From the NCBI RefSeq assembly GCF_001194135.2, contig NC_068981.1, positions 147,873,321 to 147,937,320 of the forward strand: DNA of 64,000 nt, written 5' to 3'. This document shows positions 25,172-38,167 of this stretch, piece by piece. The first letter of the stretch is position 1; each line of letters starts with the position of its first letter. The position numbers and the translations under genes are program-made. The DNA is from Octopus bimaculoides (Eukaryota). The notes below the pieces were generated by a model. It ran no database searches and had not been told where the DNA came from. It saw only the letters and a list, made by a program, of their open reading frames with translations.

Positions 25172-25222
<51 letters not shown>
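24761..25222 (+). mobile_element. RTE 3' end with expanded 26-bp minisatellite
   Basis: About 13 copies of AAAAAGCACTGGTRMTGGTGYCAYRW, followed by the shared RTE 3' end and (GAT)n. Confidence 0.8.
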
Positions 25223-25679
25223 TTTTGCATATAATCTAACATCTGAAATATAAAAAATTTCACCATTTTGTGGATAGATCCTTGTCACTTTTGCATAACA
25301 GCCAAATGCTTACTGCATCAAAGACTTTTTCCTTGTTTCCAAGAATAACAGAGACGATTGAATGAGATAACAGTAGCTCACATATGATAGCCTTTACATG
25401 GTTCTTCCATTAAATTTTGGCTAATATTTTCATTTTAATTTTCAAATCTGTTTCTGGCCTGGCGTATTGGTATATAGAGAAATAATCCTTTTGCATGATT
25501 TCTTTGGGGCTGGTAAGTTCTTAGACACTAGGTGAAATGTTTGCAATATGGCTGCTGAAGTATAACTGATGTTGACAGAAAACACAGTGCTGCAGCTGGG
25601 CAATACTGACTCTGAAACTGTTTGTGGAAAATTCTCAATAAATGGGAATATTTGAATTTTTTGTTTTGGGCCTTATGGA

Positions 25680-26117
25680 GGCAATGACAGGTGACCGAGA
25701 TCTTTGACGATATGCTGTGCTTGAAAAGACTTATCACAGTCATAGTTGATGCCAGTGCCATGTAACTGGCACTCATACTGGCAGCATGTAAAAAGCACCT
25801 TTTGAACGTTAGGCTTCACAGATGCAGTGGCTGAGACCTTTGACAACATACCTTGATTAACAAGACCTGTCAAGCCAAGTGAGATTATAGTCATGGCCAG
25901 TGCCAGTGTTTCGTAACTGGCACCCATGCTGATGGCACGTAATAAGTATCCACTATACTCTTTGAGTGGTTGGTATTAGGAAGGGCATTTATCTGTAGAA
26001 ACTATGCCAAATCAGATTGGAACCTGGTGCAGCTCCCTAGCTTACCAGTCTTCATTCAAACTGCCCAACCCATGCCAGCATGGAAAACAGACATTAAATG
26101 ATGATGAGGATGATGAT
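25680..26117 (+). mobile_element. RTE 3' UTR fragment
   Basis: GCTGTGCTTGAAAAGAC...AACCCATGCCAGCATGGAAAACAGACATTAAATGATGATG. Confidence 0.75.
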
Positions 26118-26134
26118 AACTGATCAGTCATAAC

Positions 26135-26515
26135 TGTGGGTGAGTGCACATAGCATGCTGGATGAAATGTTTAGCAGTATTTTACCTGCTGCTACATTCT
26201 GAGTTCAAATTCCGCTGAGGTCGACTTTGCTTTTTATCCTTTTGGGTCAATAAATCAAGTACCAGTGAAACAGTGGGGTCAATGTAATCAACTAGTCCTC
26301 TCCCATCAAATTTCAGGCCTTATGCCTTTAATAGAAAGGGTTATTATTATTATTAATACAATTATTATTATTATTATTATTATTATTTAGCACAAAAGGC
26401 AGCATGCTGGCAGAATCATTAGCATGCCAGGCGAAATGCCTAGTGGCATTTTGTCTGTCTTTATGTTCTGAGTTCAAATTCCACTAAGGTTGACTTTGCC
26501 TTTCATCCTTTCGCT
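26135..26515 (+). mobile_element. Two tandem SINE-B copies (second truncated) separated by (ATT)n
   Basis: Both match TTCTGAGTTCAAATTCCRCTRAGGTYGACTTTGC. Confidence 0.8.
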
Positions 26516-27340
26516 CTTCATCGAACTCAACTGGATGGCCAGAACGAGGTGCATCTTTGAGGTCAAAATTTCCATTTTTAAACTTGGCATACCAATCATG
26601 AGCGGTTCTTTCAGGTATGGAACCCTCTCCATACACAGCACAAATTCCAAAATTTTTTTAAAACAGCAGGAATTTAGTTGCCAATCCAATATTTTATTAT
26701 ATAATTCTTCCCTTGCATATCTAAGTATTGTTCTTTCCTTTTATTTAAATTTATATACTATTTTACATACATTTATATTTTTCTTTACTTTTATATTATA
26801 ATTTCTTACTTTACCATTATCTGTATGTTATGTTATTTTTTATTTTATTTTATTTTATCTTTACTTACATCTATAATTCACTAGCTAAATACATACGCAT
26901 AATATATATGTTCTAACTTCTTAAACTTATTAGTAATTTGTCTGCATCCTCTCATGGAATATGTTCACCTTTGCAGTATAAGCTCATAAAGCCCTGATAG
27001 TTGAAAATGATAACTAATTCTTAGTATATGACTCTACTCAAATGCTTATAATTACTAATCACTTAGGGGCATGAATGGAAACATATGTAGGTTTTTGACA
27101 TCTGCCATTTCTTTTAGAGCTTTATAATTTCAAATTTATTTGTATTGTTTTTATAAAATAAAACTTTCAACCTCATTATATCTTACAAATAGATTATTTA
27201 AACATACATAATTCTCCATTTTCTTCATTTCATTTTTATTAACATGTATTACTATAATAATCCCTAACATATTGCTGAGACTTTCTCCTTATATGATAGT
27301 GATTATTTAATCCTTAATGAGGACATGACAATTGACTGAC

Positions 27341-27376
<36 letters not shown>

Positions 27377-27399
27377 ATCTAATTGACTGACTATATATA

Positions 27400-27586
27400 T
27401 CATCATCATCATCATCGTTTAACGTCCGCTTTCCATGCTAGCATGGGTTGGACGATTTGACTGAGGACTGGTGAAACCGGATGGCAACACCAGGCTCCAA
27501 TCTAATTTGGCAGAGTTTCTACAGCTGGATGCCCTTCCTAACGCCAACCACTCAGAAAGTGTAGTGGGTGCTTTTACGTGTCATTC
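27400..27586 (-). mobile_element. Young RTE 3' end fragment
   Basis: Nearly identical to 13260-13443; (CAT)n tail. Confidence 0.85.
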
Positions 27587-27589
27587 AAG

Positions 27590-27715
27590 TAAATGAATAA
27601 TAAAATTAACAATAACAGACAACAAAAGGAGTGCACAAGGAGTGTATTAGTTTGATGCTCTCAGTAAAAGGCGAGAGTTTTTGATGTTTCAAGCATAGCT
27701 CTTCATCGGAAAGGA
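27590..27715 (-). mobile_element. Penelope-like pLTR fragment with degenerate hammerhead signature
   Basis: Minus strand reads CCGATGA-A-GAGC-TAT-GCTT-GAAACAT. The adjacent sequence is related to fragments at 4060-4170 (+) and about 21005-21060 (-). Confidence 0.45.
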
Positions 27716-29626
27716 GAATGAGAAAAATCCAAAGAAGGAAAAGAAATCGCCAACAGTTCATGTGTAGTTACATTGCTGAAATAGGTTGGTTGAGAGAAAA
27801 AGAGAAAACAAGAAAAAGCTTGAGAGTGAAAGAGAAATGGAAAGAGAAAAAAATTAATTTAGTGATGATATTGTATTGCATACTTTCTTTTAATGAAATA
27901 TAAATTCAGGATCGTAAATGCAAAGATCAAAAAACTGTCATCAAATTTCTATGTCTGAAATAGAATTGTTAGTTAATAAAAGAAAACCAAAACTCTACAA
28001 ATAAACACTATAAAACGAAATTGAAACTCATTTAAATTAGTTGTTATTTCCATCAACTAATCTCTTACTTTTGACAATCCTTTGATTTGCTTTAATATAA
28101 CATAAATCTTTCTAAAATATATGTAACCAAATTTATATTTACAATGAAGAAAAAGAATGTTTTCATCTTTTAACAATTTGATCTAAAAAATATATTCCTT
28201 ATTTCTTATTTATATAGTTTTCCTTGATGATGCTAAATCATTCTAGATCTTTCTATTCACTTTTGCAAAAAGATATTCAAAGTAATAAAGTTAAAAGTGA
28301 TTGAAAAATTCTTCTTTTGAAAACTGATACATATGAATGATCAAAATTGTAAAGAGTCTTTCTCCTTGTGTCTACTTTGATAAGGTAGCACACAGCCACA
28401 CAACAAACTTCTTAGTGGTATTGGGTGGGTTTTGTTGGAAAGTACTTCAATTGGCTAGCTTCCTATTACAGCTGCTCTAAACAAAGTCAACTTTAGCTAG
28501 TAGCAATATTTAACATTACATTTATCACTCTATATTACTTTTATCTCTCTATATACACCAAGCATTTATTTTTATGCTAGCTTCCCATAAATCAATTTCC
28601 TTAACACCTGTTATTAGTACACACACACACATTTTTTCTTCACTTTGTAAATACTGCTTAAAGAGCTTTGTCACATTCAAGAATGCATTAGTCTTTGTCA
28701 CAGCTGGTAGTGTTAGAGAATCTATGTCATGTTCAATGACCACAGATCTTCATATAATGTTTGTCACAACTGTTGCAGAAATCATGTGCTGTTTAATGGT
28801 AATGTCAAACTTGCTCAGTTCCCATCACTCATCAAACAAGGAAACAAGAAAATGTCCAACAGCTTCACTAACTCTGTGTGTTGTAATACCTCAAAGATGC
28901 AATGCAACTCAGGAACTGATTGCAAAATCCCTAACAATTTCACCTCTATTTGTTTGTATAAGTAGTGAAATAAAAAGCTTCAAAATTACTTGTATTTGAA
29001 ACATCATCATCAATGTTTTAATGTCTATTTCTTTCTTTGCTTGTATGGTTTAGAAAAAATTAAATGGGAGCAGAGTTTTCCATGGTCAACCACCAACCAC
29101 TACTTCAAGTAAGGAAAAACTCTCCCTACCCCTCAAACAACAAACAACCTAGACATGTTTATGTGGAGAACTGGAAATAATTGACACCAGAGGAACTATT
29201 CTTTTTATTTATAAGTACCATACAACAAGTCTGTGAGGATGAAGTGAACCAGAAGTAAAGAATCAGTGATATCAACAGCTGAGGGGCCCTGCAGAAAGAT
29301 CAGGAGTGAGGGAGGTCACATGGGCAGAAGTTGGACCAGTGTGGGCCCCTTTGCTTCAGGACAGTCACAGTGGATGGATGCATGTGGACATAAAAGCTAG
29401 AGGGATTTTGCTGTTAGGTTCTAACGGAGGTTAGGTAGGTAGGGCACCTTTTGGATGTAACCTAGCTGGAAAGACGATGCTGCAAGAGAACCTGAGAGGT
29501 AGGTGAATCATATTCGTTTCTCATACTACAATGTCAGAACATGCCAAGAAACCTGGTTGTGCTTTTGTGGTGGGCCATTCTTTACAATCAATGAGTAAAC
29601 ATGTATAGACAAGGAAATATGAACTC

Positions 29627-29629
<3 letters not shown>

Positions 29630-29715
<86 letters not shown>

Positions 29716-29880
29716 CACACACACACATACTAACACACACACACTAACACACACACACTAACACACACACACTAACACACACACACTAACACACACACAT
29801 TAACACACACTATCACACACACATACTCACACGCACTAACACACACACACACACACACGCACGCACTAACACACACACAC
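29630..29880. repeat. (CA)n array punctuated by regularly spaced CTAA
   Basis: Directly visible higher-order (CTAA(CA)4-6)n. Confidence 0.95.
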
Positions 29881-30344
29881 GTGAGCACATGATAGGCTCC
29901 TTTCAGTTTCCATCTATCAAAATCCACTTATAAGATTATGCCCAGCTTGAGACTATGATAGAAGACACTTGCCTAAGGTGCTACACAGTGGAACTAAACT
30001 TAAAACTATGTGATTGAGATGCAAACTTCTTAATCACCTCATAGCCACACCTGTGCCTAATTGAAACATTTTTTTCAATTCTCTTCAGCATAATGGAAGG
30101 ACATTTATTGAAAGTTAAGTCTGTATAAGTTAGATGCCACTCTGAACATGTGTGTGTGCATTTGTGTGTAAACCTTTCTGATGTCACATGGACAGATACA
30201 GCAACATCATTGCTCAGTGAAAACTGTGCAGGAATGAAAGCCTCCACTCAAGCTACAGATCAAAGAGATCGATACTTTTGAGTGTATGAGAATATCCAAG
30301 CAAATCTTATATGAGAGAAGTACATTATGCCAGTGAAGCACATA

Positions 30345-30480
30345 GCCTGGTGGTCAGAGTATTTAGCTTGTGATCATAAAGTCATGGGTTCAAATTCTGG
30401 ACTGAGCACTGAGTTGTATTCTTGAGCAAAGCACTTCATTTCACATTGCTTAAATCTACTCAGCAGTAAATAAATATCAG
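30345..30480 (+). mobile_element. SINE-D head/core fragment; relatives at 33890-34040 (-) and 62110-62320 (-)
   Basis: tRNA-like head with GGTTCAAATTC B-box and TTCTTGAGCAAAGCACTTCATTTCACATTG core. Confidence 0.65.
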
Positions 30481-31539
30481 CTCTCTCCAGCTGTTACATC
30501 TTGGATATACCACTGGTGTCAGTGGCGAGTAGTGGTGGGAGGAAGGAGTCTGTATATGTCTACTTACAACTACATAAGCAACTAAAGCAATTAGTGAAAC
30601 TATGGTACCCATACTTACTCACCAGTGACAGCTGGTTGTATTTATTGTATTGTACTGTTTGACGTACAGCTTCTTGCTCCACTTTACAAACAAACTGAAG
30701 GTGAACCAGGACATGCAAATGAGCATCATGTTAACAATGATTTTTGAGGAATATGCTTCAATAAAGTTGTTATTTGAAGAAGAGAAAACAGACTTTAAAG
30801 TATGGCTAGGAAGTTATTGCTATTTATCTCCAGATGAACGTCAATCAAGCAAACTTGTAATCAAAGACATTCCACTCTTGACCAATACTTCTTTCTTAGA
30901 GGCATGTCTATGCATATCTTAATCAATGCGTTCTTTTGTTATCTGTATGAGAGAGTAATTTGCAGGAGATAAGGATTTGACAGCTATTTCTGGCAGGTAA
31001 ATGATTAACTAAAGGTGTGTTCACTAGGCAGGTTAGCATGTAGATTAACATTTTTAATATCAAATGGATTCAACTTGTGTATATGCTTCCTGTATCTTTC
31101 TCACAAAATGCAGACCTGGACTAGCTGACATTAGACATGTGCTAGAATAGATATAACTGCAGTAGGAAGTTATTTCAAGAGGATAATTTCTTGCTTGATT
31201 AAATAAACTTCAAAATGCATCTATTTACAGAAACAACATATATTGATGTGCTAATGTATGTTGTTTCTGTGTATAGATTCTGTGTATATGACGATAAAAT
31301 GTCAGAAACAATATTTGCAACAGCTGGGCTAATATACCTGTTGCCTGATTTAACATTTCCACCTGTCCCATGGGTGATTTCAACAGAATCCATTCTGTTA
31401 CAAACATCTGAGTCAAGTCTCAAGTTTGGGAATAATTTATCTTCTTCCTCTCACCAATCTCAGTGGCAGTGAAATGTTGTGAGCACTGCTCTAGTGCCTT
31501 TGACTAAGCTATAAAAGAAGATTGAAAAAATAGATAGCA

Positions 31540-31947
31540 GGTATGGCTGTGTGGTTGAGAAACTTGCTTCTCGACCATGTGGTCTTGTTTCATTTCGCAG
31601 GGCAGCACTTTGAGCAAGTGTCTTCTACTATAGCCCTGAGCTGTCCAAAGCCTTGTGAGTAGATATGGTAGATGGAAACTGAAAAGAACCTGTTATGTGT
31701 ATGTGTACCCTTGTCTAGACATCACATGATGGTTGTAAATGAGCATCATTGTCATACAAGGTTGTTTGCTTCCAGTCTTCCATGGAAAACATGTCTGGCC
31801 GTGGAGAAATATCATCTTGCTTGGAAAAAGACAAAGTTTGGCAACAAGAAAGGTATCCAGCTGTAGAAAATCTTCCTCAACATATTCCATGTGACCCATG
31901 CAAGCATGACAAAGTGGACATTAAATGATGATGATGATGATGATACA
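31540..31947 (+). mobile_element. SINE-A head joined to an RTE-type 3' tail (SINE-A2)
   Basis: SINE-A head and core to about 31700, then a different body ending CCAGCTGTAGAAAA...CATGCAAGCATG...ATTAAATGATGATG. The same body occurs at 48190-48400, 59030-59290 and 62820-63075. Confidence 0.7.
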
Positions 31948-32680
31948 TCAACAAATGATTAATTGAGTCCAAGTCTCTATGGACATTATCAATGCTTAGC
32001 CCCAGGTGATCCCTGATTGAACAGATGTACGATCAAAGGTGTTTGAATAATTACCATACTGTCTTTTGTAAACAACAGTGACATTGCACAGTGTGACCTG
32101 ATATTTCATACAGTGGGTTCAGTAAGATGTATTTTGAGGAAAATTCATCTGCTATTTTTAGCATTCAAGTGACCATGTAGAAGCCTCTTTTGTTGGCTCT
32201 GGACATTACTGAGGAAGGCAGCAGATGCTGCCTTCCTCATCAACTTATTTGATGTATATTTGGAAGATCAAGGAGATATGTGGAACTAACAGCCAATTTG
32301 GGACACCAACCAAGGTACCATGTGTGGGTGCTGGTACCATGTCAAAAGCACTGGTGATGGTGCCACAGTACACTGTGGAATGATTGGCATTAAGAAGGGC
32401 ATTCAGCCATAGAAACCAAGCCAAAACAGACTATGGAACCTGGTACAGCCCCTGGCCTTACCATTTCCTGTCAAGGCAGCCAAGCAACGCCAGCATGGAA
32501 AACAGACATTAGATGACAATGAAAGCAAGTTAGCAGAAAGACAGAAAGAAAAAGGACTATGGTGATATTCATATACTGGGGGTAGATTAACTGACTGTTA
32601 GTGGTGCCCCCCAGATTTCTTTGAGCACAAAACCTGTTGAGGACCCTGAAAGAATCTTCTTAGTGTTGATTGTGCTTTAA

Positions 32681-32903
32681 CCCTTTAGCATTAAAACTGG
32701 TCATATCTGGCCCAAATATTCTACCTGTTTTATATTCAAACTGGCCAGAACTGGCTTCTCACACCTACCCTACAATGTCATTCTAAAAATAAACAATTAC
32801 ATCATTGAAGTTGCAAAAGTACAAGATAATGTATGAATAATTAAAAGCAATGTGGATAAATAAGCATTACATTTTGACAGGGTAATCTGAAAATGCCAGA
32901 GGG
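32681..32903 (+). mobile_element. piggyBac-type MITE (TTAA TSD)
   Basis: TTAA-CCCTTTAGCATT...ATGCCAGAGGG-TTAA; related copies at 2789-2985 and 6563-6915. Confidence 0.75.
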
Positions 32904-32959
32904 TTAAGGGTGGATGACAACGTAGTCCTGATGGGAGTAGTAATGCCTGAGTATTTTTA

Positions 32960-33340
32960 GCTTTGGTGGTGGCGGTGGTGGTGGTGGTGGTGGTGAGAAG
33001 AAGTGGGGGGAGGGAAGAGGAGAGGAGGAATAGGAGGAAGAGACAAAGAAGAAGAAGAAGAAGAAGAAGGAGGAGGAGGAGGAGGAGGAGGAGGGGAAGA
33101 AGAAGAAGAAGAAGAAGAAGAAGAATTAGGAGAAGAAAGAAAGAAAGAAAGAAAGAAAGAAGAAGAAGAAGGCGGAGGTGGGGGGAGAAGAAGAAGAAGA
33201 AGAAGAAGAAGAAGAAGAAGAAGAAGAAGAAGAAGAAGAATTAGGAGAAGAAAGAAAGAAAGAAAGAAGAAGAAGAAAAAGAAGAAGAAGAAGAAGAAGA
33301 AGAAGAAGAAGAAGAAGAAGAAGAAGAAGAAGAAGAAGAC
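32960..33340. repeat. Long polypurine (GAA/GGA/GAAA) compound microsatellite
   Basis: About 340 bp, almost all purine, with an internal duplication of GAATTAGGAGAAGAAAG. Confidence 0.95.
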
Positions 33341-34639
33341 CATGAGAACAACTATAATCACCAGAGGAATGTTCTGTTACTTCGCCTCTTCTTTTCTCTT
33401 ATCTTGACATTTTCACAATCTGTCTTATTTCTCTGAGATTTCCCTTATCATTAAAGGGTTTGTCTTCAATAAGATAGGAAGTTGCAGATGGACAATTTCT
33501 CTACCCTGAAGTAGCAGATAAAGCAACCGAACTTCAAGATGTTTGTTTATTCAATTCAGACTTTAAACTTCAAGAAAGAGAAATTTTGCTGACAATAAAT
33601 GTTAGGATGTAACAGATGTTATGTGGTTTAATGACTGATAATTTAGATGTAAAATACAGAGTGATGTTAAATGTAAACAATTAAGAGTAGGAAATTTCAA
33701 GAATGGAATAATATAATACTTTCTTTTTGCTTTTTTGTTTTATTCTATTGTTCAAACTATTTCACATTTAAGAGAATTTATAATTAACAGCTTAATTTTA
33801 GAATGAAAATTTTCAATACAACAGCAAATTGTCAGAGCTGTTAAAGGAATGTCAGACAGAACGGTTAATCCACATTACTCCATAGGGAGTGTAGGGTCGG
33901 TTTCTCAGTTTCACTGACATATATAATCCTCCCTGGAGAGGATGCCAGTCCTTTGCAGGGTTACTCATTTTTACCAGCTGAGTGGACTGGATCAATGTGA
34001 AATGAAGTGTTTTGCTCAAGAACACAATGCATCACCCAGTCATCATCATTATCATCGTCATCGTCGTCGTCATCGTCATTGTTTAACATTCGCCTTCCAT
34101 GCTGGCATGGGTTGAACAGTTTGTAAGGAGTTGGCTAAGCAGGAGCCTGCACCAGACTTCTCTATCTGTTTTTTGCAATGTTTTTTACAGCTGGATGCCC
34201 ATCCTAACACCAACCATCCAGCAGGGTGGACAAGAGTCTAGAAATCAAAACCACAGTCTTAATATCATGAGTCCAACACCCTAACTACTAAGCCATGCAC
34301 CTCCACTATCAGACAGAATACCTTGTGTTTTTACTCTGTACACTCTAAGTTTAAATCCTGACAAGGTTGACATTGCATTTCATCATTTTGGTGGTCAATA
34401 AAAAAAAATCTATCACTCAAGGGCAGGGGATTGGTAGAACTGTAAGAATATTGGACCAAATTGTTACATCAGGTCATTATTGTTGTCATCCATCACTCTC
34501 TCCTACTATTGACTATCTCTAACATTATCCATAACTTAATCTATTGATTACACTCTCTAATGCTAGCATCATGATAAAATGCACTCAGTACTCCATAAAA
34601 TGCCAGTAGGGTTATCTAGAAGTAGTTGATAGCTTTCAG

Positions 34640-35399
34640 TATCCAGGTGACCAAGTCAGCAGTGGAAGGGGATGTTCTGAGAGCATAGCTGCTAGAATAA
34701 GAATAGGCTGGGTAAAGTTCAGAGAGCTTCTACCTTTGTTAGCAACAAAGAGCCTCTCCCTCAGAGTGAGAGGCAGATTGTATGATGCCTGTGTGTGAAC
34801 AGCCATGCTACATGGCAGTGAAATATGGGCTGTGATGGCAGAGGACATGCGAAGGCTTGAAAGAAATGAAGCTAGTATGCACTGTTGCATGTGCAATGTC
34901 AGTGTGCATGTATGAGTATCTTGAGAGAAAAATTGGGCATAAGAGGCATCAGATGTGGTAGGCAAGTGAGCCATCTGTGCTGGTATGGTCATGTGATGTA
35001 TATGGATAAGGACAGTTGTGTAAAAAAGTGTCAGTCTCTAACTGTGAAGGGAACATGTGGAAGAGGTAGACTCAGGAAAACATGGGATAAGGTGGTGAAG
35101 CATATAGCATCTCATGGAGGCAATGACAAGTGATCGTGACCTTTGGTGATTTGCTGTGCTTGAGAAGGCTTGCCAAGTCAAGTAAAATCATAGTTGTGAC
35201 TGGTGCTGATAACACATGAAAGTACCTGTGCTGGTGACACATAAAAGGGACCCACTACACTCTTGGAGTGGTTGGTGTTAGGAAGGGCATCCAGTTGCAG
35301 AAACAAAACCAAATTCAGACTGGAACTTGGTGCAGCTCTCTGGTTTACCAGTTCCATTCAAGCCGTCCAACCCATGCTAGTATGGAAAGCAGATGTTAA

Positions 35400-35443
<44 letters not shown>
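34640..35443 (+). mobile_element. 5'-truncated RTE-clade LINE (ORF C-terminus, 3' UTR, (GAT)n tail)
   Basis: RIRIGWVKFRELLPLL...RGRLYDACV*TAMLHGSE...LREKLGIR...WYGHV...GRGRLRKTW. Confidence 0.9.
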
Positions 35444-37332
35444 ATACTTGCTAAAGTAGATAATAAATGAGCAAAACAACACAGGGCTGACAGGACCTTT
35501 TATTCTGGTTTTGGACATGATAACCTCTTTAGTGTTAGCATCATGATAAAATGCACCCAATACACTCTATTTAGTGGTTGGTGTTAGGAAAGGAATCCAA
35601 TTATAGAGACCATGTTAAAAATGGAGTGTGTAAATGAGATGTAGTCCTCCGACTTAAGGAAGGCAGTCACTCTGAATAAGAACTGACTTTCAATATAACA
35701 ATGATGATATAACTATCTGAGCCACATTGATACTTCCTCCCAAAACTATATAATTATTATAACACCTATGATAACTCTAAATTAATACTTATATCAAGTA
35801 ACTTGTATATCATACAAGTTGGAACTTACCTTAAAAATGACAACATATATTATTAAATGTGACGCCTAATTGATTTTTCAAGTTTCTACAAAGCAGAGTA
35901 TTTGTAAATCTTCATCACTCTTACTGGAAAGTAAACAGGGTCAAATGATCAAGCCTCATACAACAGGTGACATTTTAACTAATCACCAGTTTTCACTTGT
36001 TCCCTTGGCCAATAGGAAAACAGTACTCCAGCAGCCTTAGCAAAACTGAAAAGAAGAATCCTTCCTTTTTCTTGGCAAAACACAACTGTTATAACTGTTT
36101 GTTTTTCTCTTCTCTTCAGCAGATATCAGTATTATAGGAACCAACAAAATTTCATTTCCTTCGTATAGAACTCTCTTGTCCATTAGTTTTAAATGACAAA
36201 ATATGTTTGAGCTGAATGAGAAATCACTTCACCACATCTCATTTCCTGTAACTTTCCCTTTACTATGTTGTTTTCCTTTCTGTTTATCTCATTATAATTA
36301 TCCACTCCCATTATGTGTGACATCCAAAAGGAACTTTCATTCGAGAACATATATATAATGTTAGTTCTACAACTTTAAGTTATATAATTCACCTTACAAA
36401 CATAAACATAACTATTTCCAAAAGAAAATTTATGCAAACTTTGCTTTTATTAATGTTATAATTTGAAACCTAGAAGAAACATCTGCTGTTTAACAACTTC
36501 GAACTGTTGTATTAAAAGCTAAAAAAGAGGTCTATATCTTAATTCGTATGTAGAAAATATACTATTATATAATATACTATTATAATCAACTTATTATTGT
36601 TGCTATTTCTGCAGATCTTAATTTTCCCCACAAAACTTGATAATAATAAATTAAAGGCTTTGGACATTAGAAACAGTAGTTGAGAGAGAGAGAGAGAGAT
36701 GTAGAAATGTATTTGTATTTGGTCTACTGATCATGTGTTCAGCTTTCTTGTGATGCTATGCATTTACAAATACCTAATAATTTACTGAGCATTAAAGGTC
36801 AACCTTCAAAATCTAGCTCTCAGTGATATTTGATATGATGGCCTGACACACCTGTCATGGCAATTTGTAGAATTTGTGAAAGATTTGTCTCTAGTTTCCA
36901 AAGAGAAATTAAGAAATTGAAAGATGAAAAGTTACATTAAAGATGAAAGGTTGCATATATTATTTAGATTTGGTCTCAATACCTATAAAAATGAGAACCA
37001 TATTGCTTTAGATACCTGCAGCAATCAGCAGTAGATTATTAAATGAGATGAATATTTAACAGTTGCATGTGACAGAGTCATTGTATAATACATTTCTGTT
37101 TGAGCTTATATTTAGGCTGGCAAAAAAAATAATCAGCATTCTTTATGCTGTGTCCCATAATATTTGGCACTCTGATAAATAGAGATCAATAAAATAAATA
37201 TCAGGCAGAAAATCTGAGGTACAGGAGTTGATATGATTGATTAAATCTCAGAAAGAGTTGCTCCAATATGGCTGCAGTCCAATGACTAAAACGAATAGAA
37301 AAAGAATAGAAAAATACATTGTTATGTTTATT

Positions 37333-38167
37333 TTGTGTTGAGTCAAACTTTTGCAATATTTTGGTAACTTATTTGCTTTATTCATCAAAATACATCAAAT
37401 GCAGCCTAGCATTCAAAGTAGAGGCCATCATGTTGCACTGTCTGAAGCCAGCTTTCTGCAATTCTTGCCCATCGAGGTAAAGATCTCTTTCAATTGAAGC
37501 TTCCACCTCCTCTTGGTTGATGAAACTTTGCAAGTTCTGGAAATGAGTCATGGATCAGAACAAGTAATAGGTTCAGACCATATGCTAGGTGTAGCTTTAT
37601 TTCAATTTCCTCAAGTTCCTGGATTTTATTCCTGGCCAGTCAAGTGGTATGAGGTCTTCAATTGTCTTGCTGCAGAAGTGCTTGCTTTCTGTCAACCAAT
37701 ACCAGGTATTTTTGCCAGGCATTGGCATACATCAATGGTTCAACCATCGAGAACAAACTCACAGTGAATTATCCCTGCATAATTCCATCAGATACAGATC
37801 ATCATCTTGTGTTTGAAATGCTCATGTTTGGTGACAGGTTCCAGAAGCTGGCCCTTGCTTAACCACTACTCATGCATGTTAGGATTGCAGAAAAATATCT
37901 CCTCTGGATTATTACTTGCTCTGATCCATAGCTCACTTCCTGCACTCGCAATGCTTCATCAGCCATGAGGAGATGGAAGCTTCAGTGAAGGAGTTCTTTG
38001 CCTTGAAGGGCAAGGACTGGTATCAGCATGGGATCAAAGAACTGGCAGAAAGATGGCTTCAGATGGTGCAACATGATAGCCTCTACTTTGAATGCTGCTT
38101 TTGTTGTAATTTGATGAATAAAGAAAATAAGTTACCAAAATATTGCAAAACTTTTGACTCAACACAA
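37333..38167. mobile_element. Mariner (DD34D-like) derivative with two inverted 3' ends
   Basis: Ends TTGTGTTGAGTCAAA(A)(C/G)TTTTGCAATATTTTGG are inverted copies. Minus arm encodes LLQQDN*RPHT...EEVEASIE. Plus arm encodes EEMEASVKEFFALKGKDWYQHGIKELAERWLQMVQHDSLYFE, a mariner C-terminus. Confidence 0.8.

Noticed and set aside
24680-25288. 202-aa ORF with repeated WHxHQC motifs and poly-His
   Set aside because: It is the antisense reading of the 26-bp minisatellite and (GAT)n tail.
27330-27400. Duplicated AATTGACTGACTATATATAT next to an RTE tail
   Set aside because: Both copies lie on the same side of the insert, so this is a local slippage duplication and not a TSD.
31199-31472. Overlapping 74-85 aa ORFs on both strands
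   Set aside because: No motif and no convincing pair of splice sites.
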